Part shown: piece by piece, positions 42,660-56,400 of the stretch
How positions within the stretch are numbered: position 1 is the stretch's first letter
Layout: the number at the start of each line of letters is the position of its first letter
Assembly (NCBI GenBank): GCA_964016885.1
Contig: OZ024741.1
Location: 11,780,001 to 11,844,000, forward strand
Direction of reading: 5' to 3'
DNA: 64,000 bases
DNA from: Eledone cirrhosa
Taxonomy: Eukaryota
Made by a program: the position numbers and the translations under genes
Notes under the pieces: generated by a model
What the model saw: the letters and a program-made list of their open reading frames with translations, nothing else
What the model was told of the DNA's origin: nothing
The model's database searches: none

Positions 42660-45600
42660 CACTATATGTATGTCTCTGTGTCAGTGTATGTATCTGTCTG
42701 TGTCACTATATGTATGTGTCTGTGTCACTATATGTATGTGTCCGTGTCACTATATATTTGTGTCTGTGTCACTATATGTATGTGTCTGTGTCACTATATG
42801 TATGTGTCTGTGTCACTGTATGTATGTTTTTTGTGTCACTATATGTATGTGTCTGTGTCACTATATGTATGTCTCTGTGTCACTATGTGTATGTGTCTGT
42901 GTCACTATATGTATGTGTCTGTGTCAGAATATGTATGTGTCTGTGTCACTATATGTATGTGTCTGTGTCACTATATGTATGTGTCTGTGTCACTATATGT
43001 TTGTGTCTGTGTCACTATATGTATGTCTCTGTGTCACTATGTGTATGTCTCTTTGTCACTATATGTATGTGTCTGTGTCACAGTATGGATGTGTCTGTGT
43101 CACTATATGTATGTGTCTGTGTCACTATATGTATGTGTCTGTGTCACTATATGTATGTCTCTGTGTCACTGTATGTATGTGTATGTGTCACTATATGTAT
43201 GTCTCTGTGTCACTGTATGTATCTGTCTGTGTCACTATATGTATGTGTCTGTGTCACTATATGTATGTGTCTGTGTCACTATATGTTTGTGTCTGTGTCA
43301 CTATATGTATGTGTCTGTGTCACTATATGTATGTCTCTGTGTCACTATGTGTATGTGTCTGTGTCACTATATGTATGTGTCTGTGTCAGAATATGTATGT
43401 GTCTGTGTCACTATATGTATGTGTCTGTGTCACTATATGTATGTGTCTGTGTCACTATATGTTTGTGTCTGTGTCACTATATGTATGTCTCTGTGTCACT
43501 ATGTGTATGTCTCTGTGTCACTATATGTATGTGTCTGTGTCACTATATGTATGTGTCTGTGTCACTATATGTATGTGTCTGTGTCACTATATGTATGTCT
43601 CTGTGTCACTGTATGTTTGTGTCTGTGTCACTATATGTATCTGTCTGTGTCACTATATGTATGTGTCTGTGTCACTATATGTATGTGTCTATGTCACTAT
43701 ATGTTTGTGTCTGTGTCACTATATGTATGTGTCTGTGTCACTATATGTATGTCTCTGTGTCACTATATGTATGTGTCTGTGTCACTATATGTATGTCTCT
43801 GTGTCACTATATGTATGTGTCTGTGTCACTATATGTATGTGTCTGTGTCACTATATGTATGTGTCTGCGTCACTATATGTATGTGTCTGTGTCACTATAT
43901 GTATGTGTCTGTGTCACTATATGTATGTGTCTGTGTCACTATATGTATGTGTCTGTGTCACTATATGTATGTGTCTGTGTCACTATATGTTTGTGTCTGT
44001 GTCACTATATGTATGTGTCTGTGTCACTATCTGTATGTCTCTGTGTCACTATGTGTATGTGTCTGTGTCACTATATGTATGTGTCTGTGTCAGTATATGT
44101 ATGTGACTGTGTCACTATATGTATGTGTCTGTGTCACTAAATGTATGTGTCTGTGTCACTATATGTATGTGTCTTTGTCACTATATGTATGTGTCTGTGT
44201 CACTATATGTATGTGTCTGTTTCACTATATGTATGTGTCTGTGTCACTATATGTATGTGTCTGTGTCACTATATGTATGTGTCTGTGTCACTATATGTAT
44301 GTGTCTGTGTCACTATATGTATGTGTCTGTCACTATATGTATGTGTCTGTGTCACTATATGTATGTCTCTGTGTCACTATATGTATGTGTCTGTGTCACT
44401 ATATGTATGTGTCTGTGTCACTATATGTATGTGTCTGTGTCACTATATGTATGTGTCTGTGTCACTATATGTATGTGTCCGTGTCACTATATGTATGTGT
44501 CTGTGTCACTATATGTTTGTGTCTGTATCACTATATGTATGTGTCTGTGTCACTATATGTACGTGTCTGTGTCACTATATGTATGTGTCTGTGTCACTAT
44601 ATGTATGTGTCTGTGTCACTATATGTATGTCTCTGTGTCAGTGTATGTATCTGTCTGTGTCACTATATGTATGTGTCTGTGTCACTATATGTATGTGTCC
44701 GTGTCACTATATGTTTGTGTCTGTGTCACTATATGTATGTGTCTGTGTCACTATATGTATGTGTCTGTGTCACTGTATGTATGTTTTTTGTGTCACTATA
44801 TGTATGTGTCTGTGTCACTATATGTATGTCTCTGTGTCACTATGTGTATGTGTCTGTGTCACTATATGTATGTGTCTGTGTCAGAATATGTATGTGTCTG
44901 TGTCACTATATGTATGTGTCTGTGTCACTATATGTATGTGTCTGTGTCACTATATGTTTGTGTCTGTGTCACTATATGTATGTCTCTGTGTCACTATGTG
45001 TATGTCTCTTTGTCACTATATGTATGTGTCTGTGTCACAGTATGGATGTGTCTGTGTCACTATATGTATGTGTCTGTGTCACTATATGTATGTGTCTGTG
45101 TCACTATATGTATGTCTCTGTGTCACTGTATGTATGTGTATGTGTCACTATATGTATGTCTCTGTGTCACTGTATGTATCTGTCTGTGTCACTATATGTA
45201 TGTGTCTGTGTCACTATATGTATGTGTCTGTGTCACTATATGTTTGTGTCTGTGTCACTATATGTATGTGTCTGTGTCACTATATGTATGTCTCTGTGTC
45301 ACTATGTGTATGTGTCTGTGTCACTATATGTATGTGTCTGTGTCAGAATATGTATGTGTCTGTGTCACTATATGTATGTGTCTGTGTCACTATATGTATG
45401 TGTCTGTGTCACTATATGTTTGTGTCTGTGTCACTATATGTATGTCTCTGTGTCACTATGTGTATGTCTCTGTGTCACTATATGTATGTGTCTGTGTCAC
45501 TATATGTATGTGTCTGTGTCACTATATGTATGTGTCTGTGTCACTATATGTATGTCTCTGTGTCACTGTATGTTTGTGTCTGTGTCACTATATGTATCTG

Positions 45601-46400
45601 TCTGTGTCACTATATGTATGTGTCTGTGTCACTATATGTATGTGTCTATGTCACTATATGTTTGTGTCTGTGTCACTATATGTATGTGTCTGTGTCACTA
45701 TATGTATGTCTCTGTGTCACTATATGTATGTGTCTGTGTCACTATATGTATGTCTCTGTGTCACTATATGTATGTGTCTGTGTCACTATATGTATGTGTC
45801 TGTGTCACTATATGTATGTGTCTGCGTCACTATATGTATGTGTCTGTGTCACTATATGTATGTGTCTGTGTCACTATATGTATGTGTCTGTGTCACTATA
45901 TGTATGTGTCTGTGTCACTATATGTATGTGTCTGTGTCACTATATGTTTGTGTCTGTGTCACTATATGTATGTGTCTGTGTCACTATCTGTATGTCTCTG
46001 TGTCACTATGTGTATGTGTCTGTGTCACTATATGTATGTGTCTGTGTCAGTATATGTATGTGACTGTGTCACTATATGTATGTGTCTGTGTCACTAAATG
46101 TATGTGTCTGTGTCACTATATGTATGTGTCTTTGTCACTATATGTATGTGTCTGTGTCACTATATGTATGTGTCTGTTTCACTATATGTATGTGTCTGTG
46201 TCACTATATGTATGTGTCTGTGTCACTATATGTATGTGTCTGTGTCACTATATGTATGTGTCTGTGTCACTATATGTATGTGTCTGTCACTATATGTATG
46301 TGTCTGTGTCACTATATGTATGTCTCTGTGTCACTATATGTATGTGTCTGTGTCACTATATGTATGTGTCTGTGTCACTATATGTATGTGTCTGTGTCAC
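42660..46400. repeat. Tandem duplication, unit 1,957 bp, carrying a 23-bp T6 monomer
   Basis: T6 at 42827/44784, CAGTGT at 42682/44639, CAGAAT at 42925/44882 and CAGTATGGATG at ~43081/45038 are all offset by 1,957. Confidence 0.9.
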
Positions 46401-47399
46401 TATATGTATGTGTCTGTGTCACTATATGTTTGTGTCTGTGTCACTATATATATGTGTCTGTGTCACTATATGTATGTCTCTGTGTCACTATATGTATGTG
46501 TCTGTGTCACTATATGTATGTGTCCGTGTCACTATATGTATGTGTCTGTGTCACTATATGTTTGTGTCTGTATCACTATATGTATGTGTCTGTGTCACTA
46601 TATGTACGTGTCTGTGTCACTATATGTATGTGTCTGTGTCACTATATGTATGTGTCTGTGTCACTATATGTATGTCTCTGTGTCAATATATGTATGTGTC
46701 TGTGTCACTATATGTATGTGTCTGTGTCACTATATGTATGTGTCTGTGTCACTATATGTTTATCTCTGTGTCACTATATGTATGTGTCTGTGTCACTATA
46801 TGTATGTGTCTGTGTCACTGTATGTATGTGTCTGTGTCACTATATGTATGTGTCTGTGTCACTATATGTATGTGTCTGTGTCACTATATGTATGTCTCTG
46901 TGTCACTATATGTATGTGTCTGTGTCACTATATGTATGTCTCTGTGTCACTATATGTATGTGTCTGTGTCACTATATGTATGTGTCTGTGTCACTGTATG
47001 TATGTGTCTGTGTGACTATATGTATGTGTCTGTGTCACTATATGTATGTCTCTGTGTCACTATATGTATGTGTCTGTGTCACTATATGTATGTCTCTGTG
47101 TCACTATATGTATGTGTCTGTGTCACTATATGTATGTGTCTGTGTCACTGTATGTATGTGTCTGTGTCACTGTATGTATGTGTCTGTGTCACTGTATGTA
47201 TGTGTCTGTGTCACTATATGTATGTGTCTGTGTCACTATATGTATTTGTCTGTGTCACTATATGTATGTCTCTGTGTCACTATATGTATGTCTCTGTGTC
47301 ACTATATGTATTTGTCTGTGTCACTATATGTATGTGTCTGTGTCACTATATGTATGTGTCTGTGTCACTATATGTATGTGTATGTGTCACTATATGTAT

Positions 47400-50300
47400 G
47401 TCTCTGTGTCACTGTATGTATGTGTATGTGTCACTATATGTATGTCTCTGTGTCACTGTATGTATCTGTCTGTGTCACTATATGTATGTGTCTGTGTCAC
47501 TATATGTATGTGTCTGTGTCACTATATGTTTGTGTCTGTGTCACTATATGTATGTGTCTGTGTCACTATATGTATGTCTCTGTGTCACTATGTGTATGTG
47601 TCTGTGTCACTATATGTATGTGTCTGTGTCAGAATATGTATGTGTCTGTGTCACTATATGTATGTGTCTGTGTCACTATATGTTTGTGTCTGTGTCACTA
47701 TATGTATGTCTCTGTGTCACTATGTGTATGTCTCTGTGTCACTATATGTATGTGTCTGTGTCACTATATGTATGTGTCTGTGTCACTATATGTATGTGTC
47801 TGTGTCACTATATGTATGTCTCTGTGTCACTGTATGTTTGTGTCTGTGTCACTATATGTATCTGTCTGTGTCACTATATGTATGTGTCTGTGTCACTATA
47901 TGTATGTGTCTGTGTCACTATATGTTTGTGTCTGTGTCACTATATGTATGTGTCTGTGTCACTATATGTATGTCTCTGTGTCACTATATGTATGTGTCTG
48001 TGTCACTATATGTATGTGTCTGTGTCACTGTATGTATGTGTCTGTGTGACTATATGTATGTGTCTGTGTCACTATATGTATGTCTCTGTGTCACTATATG
48101 TATGTGTCTGTGTCACTATATGTATGTCTCTGTGTCACTATATGTATGTGTCTGTGTCACTATATGTATGTGTCTGTGTCACTGTATGTATGTGTCTGTG
48201 TCACTGTATGTATGTGTCTGTGTCACTGTATGTATGTGTCTGTGTCACTATATGTATGTGTCTGTGTCACTATATGTATTTGTCTGTGTCACTATATGTA
48301 TGTCTCTGTGTCACTATATGTATGTCTCTGTGTCACTATATGTATTTGTCTGTGTCACTATATGTATGTGTCTGTGTCACTATATGTATGTGTCTGTGTC
48401 ACTATATGTATGTGTATGTGTCACTATATGTATGTGTCTGTGTCACTGTATGTATGTGTCTGTGTCACTCTATGTATGTGTCTGTGTCACTATATGTTTG
48501 TGTCTGTGTCACTATATATATGTGTCTGTGTCACCATATGTATGTCTCTGTGTCACTATATGTATGTGTCTGTGTCACTATATGTATGTGTCTGTGTCAC
48601 TATATGTATGTGTCTGTGTCACTATATGTTTGTGTCTGTGTCACTATATGTATGTGTCTGTGTCACTATATGTACGTGTCTGTGTCACTATATGTATGTG
48701 TCTGTGTCACTATATGTATGTGTCTGTGTCACTATATGTATGTCTCTGTGTCACTATATGTATGTGTCTGTGTCACTATATGTATGTGTCTGTGTCACTA
48801 TATGTTTATCTCTGTGTCACTATATGTATGTGTCTGTGTCACTATATGTATGTGTCTGTGTCACTGTATGTATGTTTCTGTGTCACTATATGTATGTGTC
48901 TGTGTCACTATATGTATGTGTCTGTGTCACTATATGTATGTCTCTGTGTCACTATATGTATGTGTCTGTGTCACTATATGTATGTCTCTGTGTCACTATA
49001 TGTATGTGTCTGTGTCACTATATGTATGTGTCTGTGTAACTGTATGTATGTGTCTGTGTCACTGTATGTATGTGTCTGTGTCAGTATATGTATGTCTCTG
49101 TGTCACTATATGTATGTGTCCGTGTCACTATATGTATGTCTCTGTGTCACTGTATGTTTGTGTCTGTGTCACTATATGTATGTCTCTGTGTCAGTGTATG
49201 TATCTGTCTGTGTCACTATATGTATGTGTCTGTGTCACTATATGTATGTGTCCGTGTCACTATATGTTTGTGTCTGTGTCACTATATGTATGTGTCTGTG
49301 TCACTATATGTATGTGTCTGTGTCACTGTATGTATGTGTCTGTGTCACTATATATATGTGTCTGTGTCACTATATGTATGTCTCTGTGTCACTATGTGTA
49401 TGTGTCTGTGTCACTATATGTATGTGTCTGTGTCAGAATATGTATGTGTCTGTGTCACTATATGTATGTGTCTGTGTCACTATATGTATGTGTCTGTGTC
49501 ACTATATGTTTGTGTCTGTGTCACTATATGTATGTCTCTGTGTCACTATGTGTATGTCTCTTTGTCACTATATGTATGTGTCTGTGTCACAGTATGTATG
49601 TGTCTGTGTCACTATATGTATGTGTCTGTGTCACTATATGTATGTGTCTGTGTCACTATATGTATGTCTCTGTGTCACTGTATGTATGTGTATGTGTCAC
49701 TATATGTATGTCTCTGTGTCACTGTATGTATCTGTCTGTGTCACTATATGTATGTGTCTGTGTCACTATATGTATGTGTCTGTGTCACTATATGTTTGTG
49801 TCTGTGTCACTATATGTATGTGTCTGTGTCACTATATGTATGTCTCTGTGTCACTATGTGTATGTGTCTGTGTCACTATATGTATGTGTCTGTGTCAGAA
49901 TATGTATGTGTCTGTGTCACTATATGTATGTGTCTGTGTCACTATATGTATGTGTCTGTGTCACTATATGTTTGTGTCTGTGTCACTATATGTATGTCTC
50001 TGTGTCACTATGTGTATGTCTCTGTGTCACTATATGTATGTGTCTGTGTCACTATATGTATGTGTCTGTGTCACTATATGTATGTGTCTGTGTCACTATA
50101 TGTATGTCTCTGTGTCACTGTATGTTTGTGTCTGTGTCACTATATGTATCTGTCTGTGTCACTATATGTATGTGTCTGTGTCACTATATGTATGTGTCTG
50201 TGTCACTATATGTTTGTGTCTGTGTCACTATATGTATGTGTCTGTGTCACTATATGTATGTCTCTGTGTCACTATATGTATGTGTCTGTGTCACTATATG

Positions 50301-53300
50301 TATGTCTCTGTGTCACTATATGTATGTGTCTGTGTCACTATATGTATGTGTCTGTGTCACTATATGTATGTCTCTGTGTCACTGTATGTATGTGTATGTG
50401 TCACTATATGTATGTCTCTGCGTCACTGTATGTATCTGTCTGTGTCACTATATGTATCTGTCTGTGTCACTATATGTATGTGTCTGTGTCACTATATGTA
50501 TGTGTCTGTGTCACTATATGTTTGTGTCTGTGTCACTATATGTATGTGTCTGTGTCACTATATGTATGTCTCTGTGTCACTATGTGTATGTGTCTGTGTC
50601 ACTATATGTATGTGTCTGTGTCAGAATATGTATGTGTCTGTGTCACTATATGTATGTGTCTGCGTCACTATATGTTTGTGTCTGTGTCACTATATGTATG
50701 TCTCTGTGTCACTATGTGTATGTCTCTGTGTCACTATATGTATGTGTCTGTGTCACTATATGTATGTGTCTGTGTCACTATATGTATGTGTCTGTGTCAC
50801 TATATGTATGTCTCTGTGTCACTGTATGTTTGTGTCTGTGTCACTATATGTATCTGTCTGTGTCACTATATGTATGTGTCTCTGTCACTATATGTATGTG
50901 TCTGTGTCACTATATGTTTGTGTCTGTGTCACTATATGTATGTGTCTGTGTCACTATATGTATGTCTCTGTGTCACTATATGTATGTGTCTGTGTCACTA
51001 TATGTATGTGTCTGTGTCACTGTATGTATGTGTCTGTGTGACTATATGTATGTGTCTGTGTCACTATATGTATGCCTCTGTGTCACTATATGTATGTGTC
51101 TGTGTCACTATATGTATGTCTCTGTGTCACTATATGTATGTGTCTGTGTCACTATATGTATGTGTCTGTGTCACTGTATGTATGTGTCTGTGTCACTGTA
51201 TGTATGTGTCTGTGTCACTGTATGTATGTGTCTGTGTCACTATATGTATGTGTCTGTGTCACTATATGTATTTGTCTGTGTCACTATATGTATGTCTCTG
51301 TGTCACTATATGTATGTCTCTGTGTCACTATATGTATTTGTCTGTGTCACTATATGTATGTGTCTGTGTCACTATATGTATGTGTCTGTGTCACTATATG
51401 TATGTGTATGTGTCACTATATGTATGTGTCTGTGTCACTGTATGTATGTGTCTGTGTCACTCTATGTATGTGTCTGTGTCACTATATGTTTGTGTCTGTG
51501 TCACTATATATATGTGTCTGTGTCACTATATGTATGTCTCTGTGTCACTATATGTATGTGTCTGTGTCACTATATGTATTTGTCTGTGTCACTATATGTA
51601 TGTGTCTGTGTCACTATATGTTTGTGTCTGTGTCACTATATGTATGTGTCTGTGTCACTATATGTACGTGTCTGTGTCACTATATGTATGTGTCTGTGTC
51701 ACTATATGTATGTGTCTGTGTCACTATATGTATGTCTCTGTGTCACTATATGTATGTGTCTGTGTCACTATATGTATGTGTCTGTGTCACTATATGTTTA
51801 TCTCTGTGTCACTATATGTATGTGTCTGTGTCACTATATGTATGTGTCTGTGTCACTGTATGTATGTTTCTGTGTCACTATATGTATGTGTCTGTGTCAC
51901 TATATGTATGTGTCTGTGTCACTATATGTATGTCTCTGTGTCACTATATGTATGTGTCTGTGTCACTATATGTATGTGTCTGTGTAACTGTATGTATGTG
52001 TCTGTGTCACTGTATGTATGTGTCTGTGTCAGTATATGTATGTCTCTGTGTCACTATATGTATGTGTCCGTGTCACTATATGTATGTCTCTGTGTCACTG
52101 TATGTTTGTGTCTGTGTCACTATATGTATGTCTCTGTGTCAGTGTATGTATCTGTCTGTGTCACTATATGTATGTGTCTGTGTCACTATATGTATGTGTC
52201 CGTGTCACTATATGTTTGTGTCTGTGTCACTATATGTATGTGTCTGTGTCACTATATGTATGTGTCTGTGTCACTGTATGTATGTGTCTGTGTCACTATA
52301 TATATGTGTCTGTGTCACTATATGTATGTCTCTGTGTCACTATGTGTATGTGTCTGTGTCACTATATGTATGTGTCTGTGTCAGAATATGTATGTGTCTG
52401 TGTCACTATATGTATGTGTCTGTGTCACTATATGTATGTGTCTGTGTCACTATATGTTTGTGTCTGTGTCACTATATGTATGTCTCTGTGTCACTATGTG
52501 TATGTCTCTTTGTCACTATATGTATGTGTCTGTGTCACAGTATGTATGTGTCTGTGTCACTATATGTATGTGTCTGTGTCACTATATGTATGTGTCTGTG
52601 TCACTATATGTATGTCTCTGTGTCACTGTATGTATGTGTATGTGTCACTATATGTATGTCTCTGTGTCACTGTATGTATCTGTCTGTGTCACTATATGTA
52701 TGTGTCTGTGTCACTATATGTATGTGTCTGTGTCACTATATGTTTGTGTCTGTGTCACTATATGTATGTGTCTGTGTCACTATATGTATGTCTCTGTGTC
52801 ACTATGTGTATGTGTCTGTGTCACTATATGTATGTGTCTGTGTCAGAATATGTATGTGTCTGTGTCACTATATGTATGTGTCTGTGTCACTATATGTATG
52901 TGTCTGTGTCACTATATGTTTGTGTCTGTGTCACTATATGTATGTCTCTGTGTCACTATGTGTATGTCTCTGTGTCACTATATGTATGTGTCTGTGTCAC
53001 TATATGTATGTGTCTGTGTCACTATATGTATGTGTCTGTGTCACTGTATGTTTGTGTCTGTGTCACTATATGTATCTGTCTGTGTCACTATATGTATGTG
53101 TCTGTGTCACTATATGTATGTGTCTGTGTCACTATATGTTTGTGTCTGTGTCACTATATGTATGTGTCTGTGTCACTATATGTATGTCTCTGTGTCACTA
53201 TATGTATGTGTCTGTGTCACTATATGTATGTCTCTGTGTCACTATATGTATGTGTCTGTGTCACTATATGTATGTGTCTGTGTCACTATATGTATGTCTC

Positions 53301-53400
53301 TGTGTCACTGTATGTATGTGTATGTGTCACTATATGTATGTCTCTGTGTCACTGTATGTATCTGTCTGTGTCACTATATGTATGTGTCTGTGTCACTATA
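47400..53400. repeat. Tandem duplication, unit ~2.95-2.99 kb
   Basis: CAGAAT 47630/50622 and stop 48049/51041 are offset by 2,992. Stop 49039/51987 and CAGAAT 49434/52382 are offset by 2,948. Confidence 0.82.
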
Positions 53401-56400
53401 TGTATGTGTCTGTGTCACTATATGTTTGTGTCTGTGTCACTATATGTATGTGTCTGTGTCACTATATGTATGTCTCTGTGTCACTATGTGTATGTGTCTG
53501 TGTCACTATATGTATGTGTCTGTGTCAGAATATGTATGTGTCTGTGTCACTATATGTATGTGTCTGTGTCACTATATGTATGTGTCTGTGTCACTATATG
53601 TTTGTGTCTGTGTCACTATATGTATGTCTCTGTGTCACTATGTGTATGTCTCTGTGTCACTATATGTATGTGTCTGTGTCACTATATGTATGTGTCTGTG
53701 TCACTATATGTATGTGTCTGTGTCACTATATGTATGTCTCTGTGTCACTGTATGTTTGTGTCTGTGTCACTATATGTATCTGTCTGTGTCACTATATGTA
53801 TGTGTCTGTGTCACTATATGTATGTGTCTGTGTCACTATATGTTTGTGTCTGTGTCACTATATGTATGTGTCTGTGTCACTATATGTATGTCTCTGTGTC
53901 ACTATATGTATGTGTCTGTGTCACTATATGTATGTCTCTGTGTCACTATATGTATGTGTCTGTGTCACTATATGTATGTGTCTGTGTCACTATATGTATG
54001 TGTCTGCGTCACTATATGTATGTGTCTGTGTCACTATATGTATGTGTCTGTGTCACTATATGTATGTGTCTGTGTCACTATATGTATGTGTCTGTGTCAC
54101 TATATGTATGTGTCTGTGTCACTATATGTTTGTGTCTGTGTCACTATATGTATGTGTCTGTGTCACTATCTGTATGTCTCTGTGTCACTATGTGTATGTG
54201 TCTGTGTCACTATATGTATGTGTCTGTGTCAGTATATGTATGTGACTGTGTCACTATATGTATGTGTCTGTGTCACTAAATGTATGTGTCTGTGTCACTA
54301 TATGTATGTGTCTTTGTCACTATATGTATGTGTCTGTGTCACTATATGTATGTGTCTGTTTCACTATATGTATGTGTCTGTGTCACTATATGTATGTGTC
54401 TGTGTCACTATATGTATGTGTCTGTGTCACTATATGTATGTGTCTGTGTCACTATATGTATGTGTCTGTCACTATATGTATGTGTCTGTGTCACTATATG
54501 TATGTCTCTGTGTCACTATATGTATGTGTCTGTGTCACTATATGTATGTGTCTGTGTCACTATATGTATGTGTCTGTGTCACTATATGTATGTGTCTGTG
54601 TCACTATATGTATGTGTCTGTGTCACTATATGTTTGTGTCTGTGTCACTATATATATGTGTCTGTGTCACTATATGTATGTCTCTGTGTCACTATATGTA
54701 TGTGTCTGTGTCACTATATGTATGTGTCCGTGTCACTATATGTATGTGTCTGTGTCACTATATGTTTGTGTCTGTATCACTATATGTATGTGTCTGTGTC
54801 ACTATATGTACGTGTCTGTGTCACTATATGTATGTGTCTGTGTCACTATATGTATGTGTCTGTGTCACTGTATGTATGTGTCTGTGTCACTATATGTATG
54901 TGTCTGTGTCACTATATGTATGTGTCTGTGTCACTATATGTATGTCTCTGTGTCACTATATGTATGTGTCTGTGTCACTATATGTATGTCTCTGTGTCAC
55001 TATATGTATGTGTCTGTGTCACTATATGTATGTGTCTGTGTCACTGTATGTATGTGTCTGTGTGACTATATGTATGTGTCTGTGTCACTATATGTATGTC
55101 TCTGTGTCACTATATGTATGTGTCTGTGTCACTATATATATGTCTCTGTGTCACTATATGTATGTGTCTGTGTCACTATATGTATGTGTCTGTGTCACTG
55201 TATGTATGTGTCTGTGTCACTGTATGTATGTGTCTGTGTCACTGTATGTATGTGTCTGTGTCACTATATGTATGTGTCTGTGTCACTATATGTATTTGTC
55301 TGTGTCACTATATGTATGTCTCTGTGTCACTATATGTATGTCTCTGTGTCACTATATGTATTTGTCTGTGTCACTATATGTATGTGTCTGTGTCACTATA
55401 TGTATGTGTCTGTGTCACTATATGTATGTGTATGTGTCACTATATGTATGTGTCTGTGTCACTGTATGTATGTGTCTGTGTCACTATATGTATGTGTCTG
55501 TGTCACTATATGTATTTGTCTGTGTCACTATATGTATGTCTCTGTGTCACTATATGTATGTCTCTGTGTCACTATATGTATTTGTCTGTGTCACTATATG
55601 TATGTGTCTGTGTCACTATATGTATGTGTCTGTGTCACTATATGTATGTGTATGTGTCACTATATGTATGTGTCTGTGTCACTGTATGTATGTGTCTGTG
55701 TCACTCTATGTATGTGTCTGTGTCACTATATGTTTGTGTCTGTGTCACTATATATATGTGTCTGTGTCACTATATGTATGTCTCTGTGTCACTATATGTA
55801 TGTGTCTGTGTCACTATATGTATGTGTCTGTGTCACTATATGTATGTGTCTGTGTCACTATATGTTTGTGTCTGTGTCACTATATGTATGTGTCTGTGTC
55901 ACTATATGTACGTGTCTGTGTCACTATATGTATGTGTCTGTGTCACTATATGTATGTGTCTGTGTCACTATATGTATGTCTCTGTGTCACTATATGTATG
56001 TGTCTGTGTCACTATATGTATGTGTCTGTGTCACTATATGTTTATCTCTGTGTCACTATATGTATGTGTCTGTGTCACTATATGTATGTGTCTGTGTCAC
56101 TGTATGTATGTTTCTGTGTCACTATATGTATGTGTCTGTGTCACTATATGTATGTCTCTGTGTCACTATATGTATGTGTCTGTGTCACTATATGTATGTG
56201 TCTGTGTAACTGTATGTATGTGTCTGTGTCACTGTATGTATGTGTCTGTGTCAGTATATGTATGTCTCTGTGTCACTATATGTATGTGTCCGTGTCACTA
56301 TATGTATGTCTCTGTGTCACTGTATGTTTGTGTCTGTGTCACTATATGTATGTCTCTGTGTCAGTGTATGTATCTGTCTGTGTCACTATATGTATGTGTC

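Noticed and set aside
42826-42864. V(D)J RSS-like signal: GTTTTTTGT matches the nonamer 8/9, and CACTGT/CACAG resemble the heptamer
   Set aside because: There is no heptamer at a 12- or 23-bp spacing (ATGTGTC and TCACTAT are found there), and there are no gene segments.
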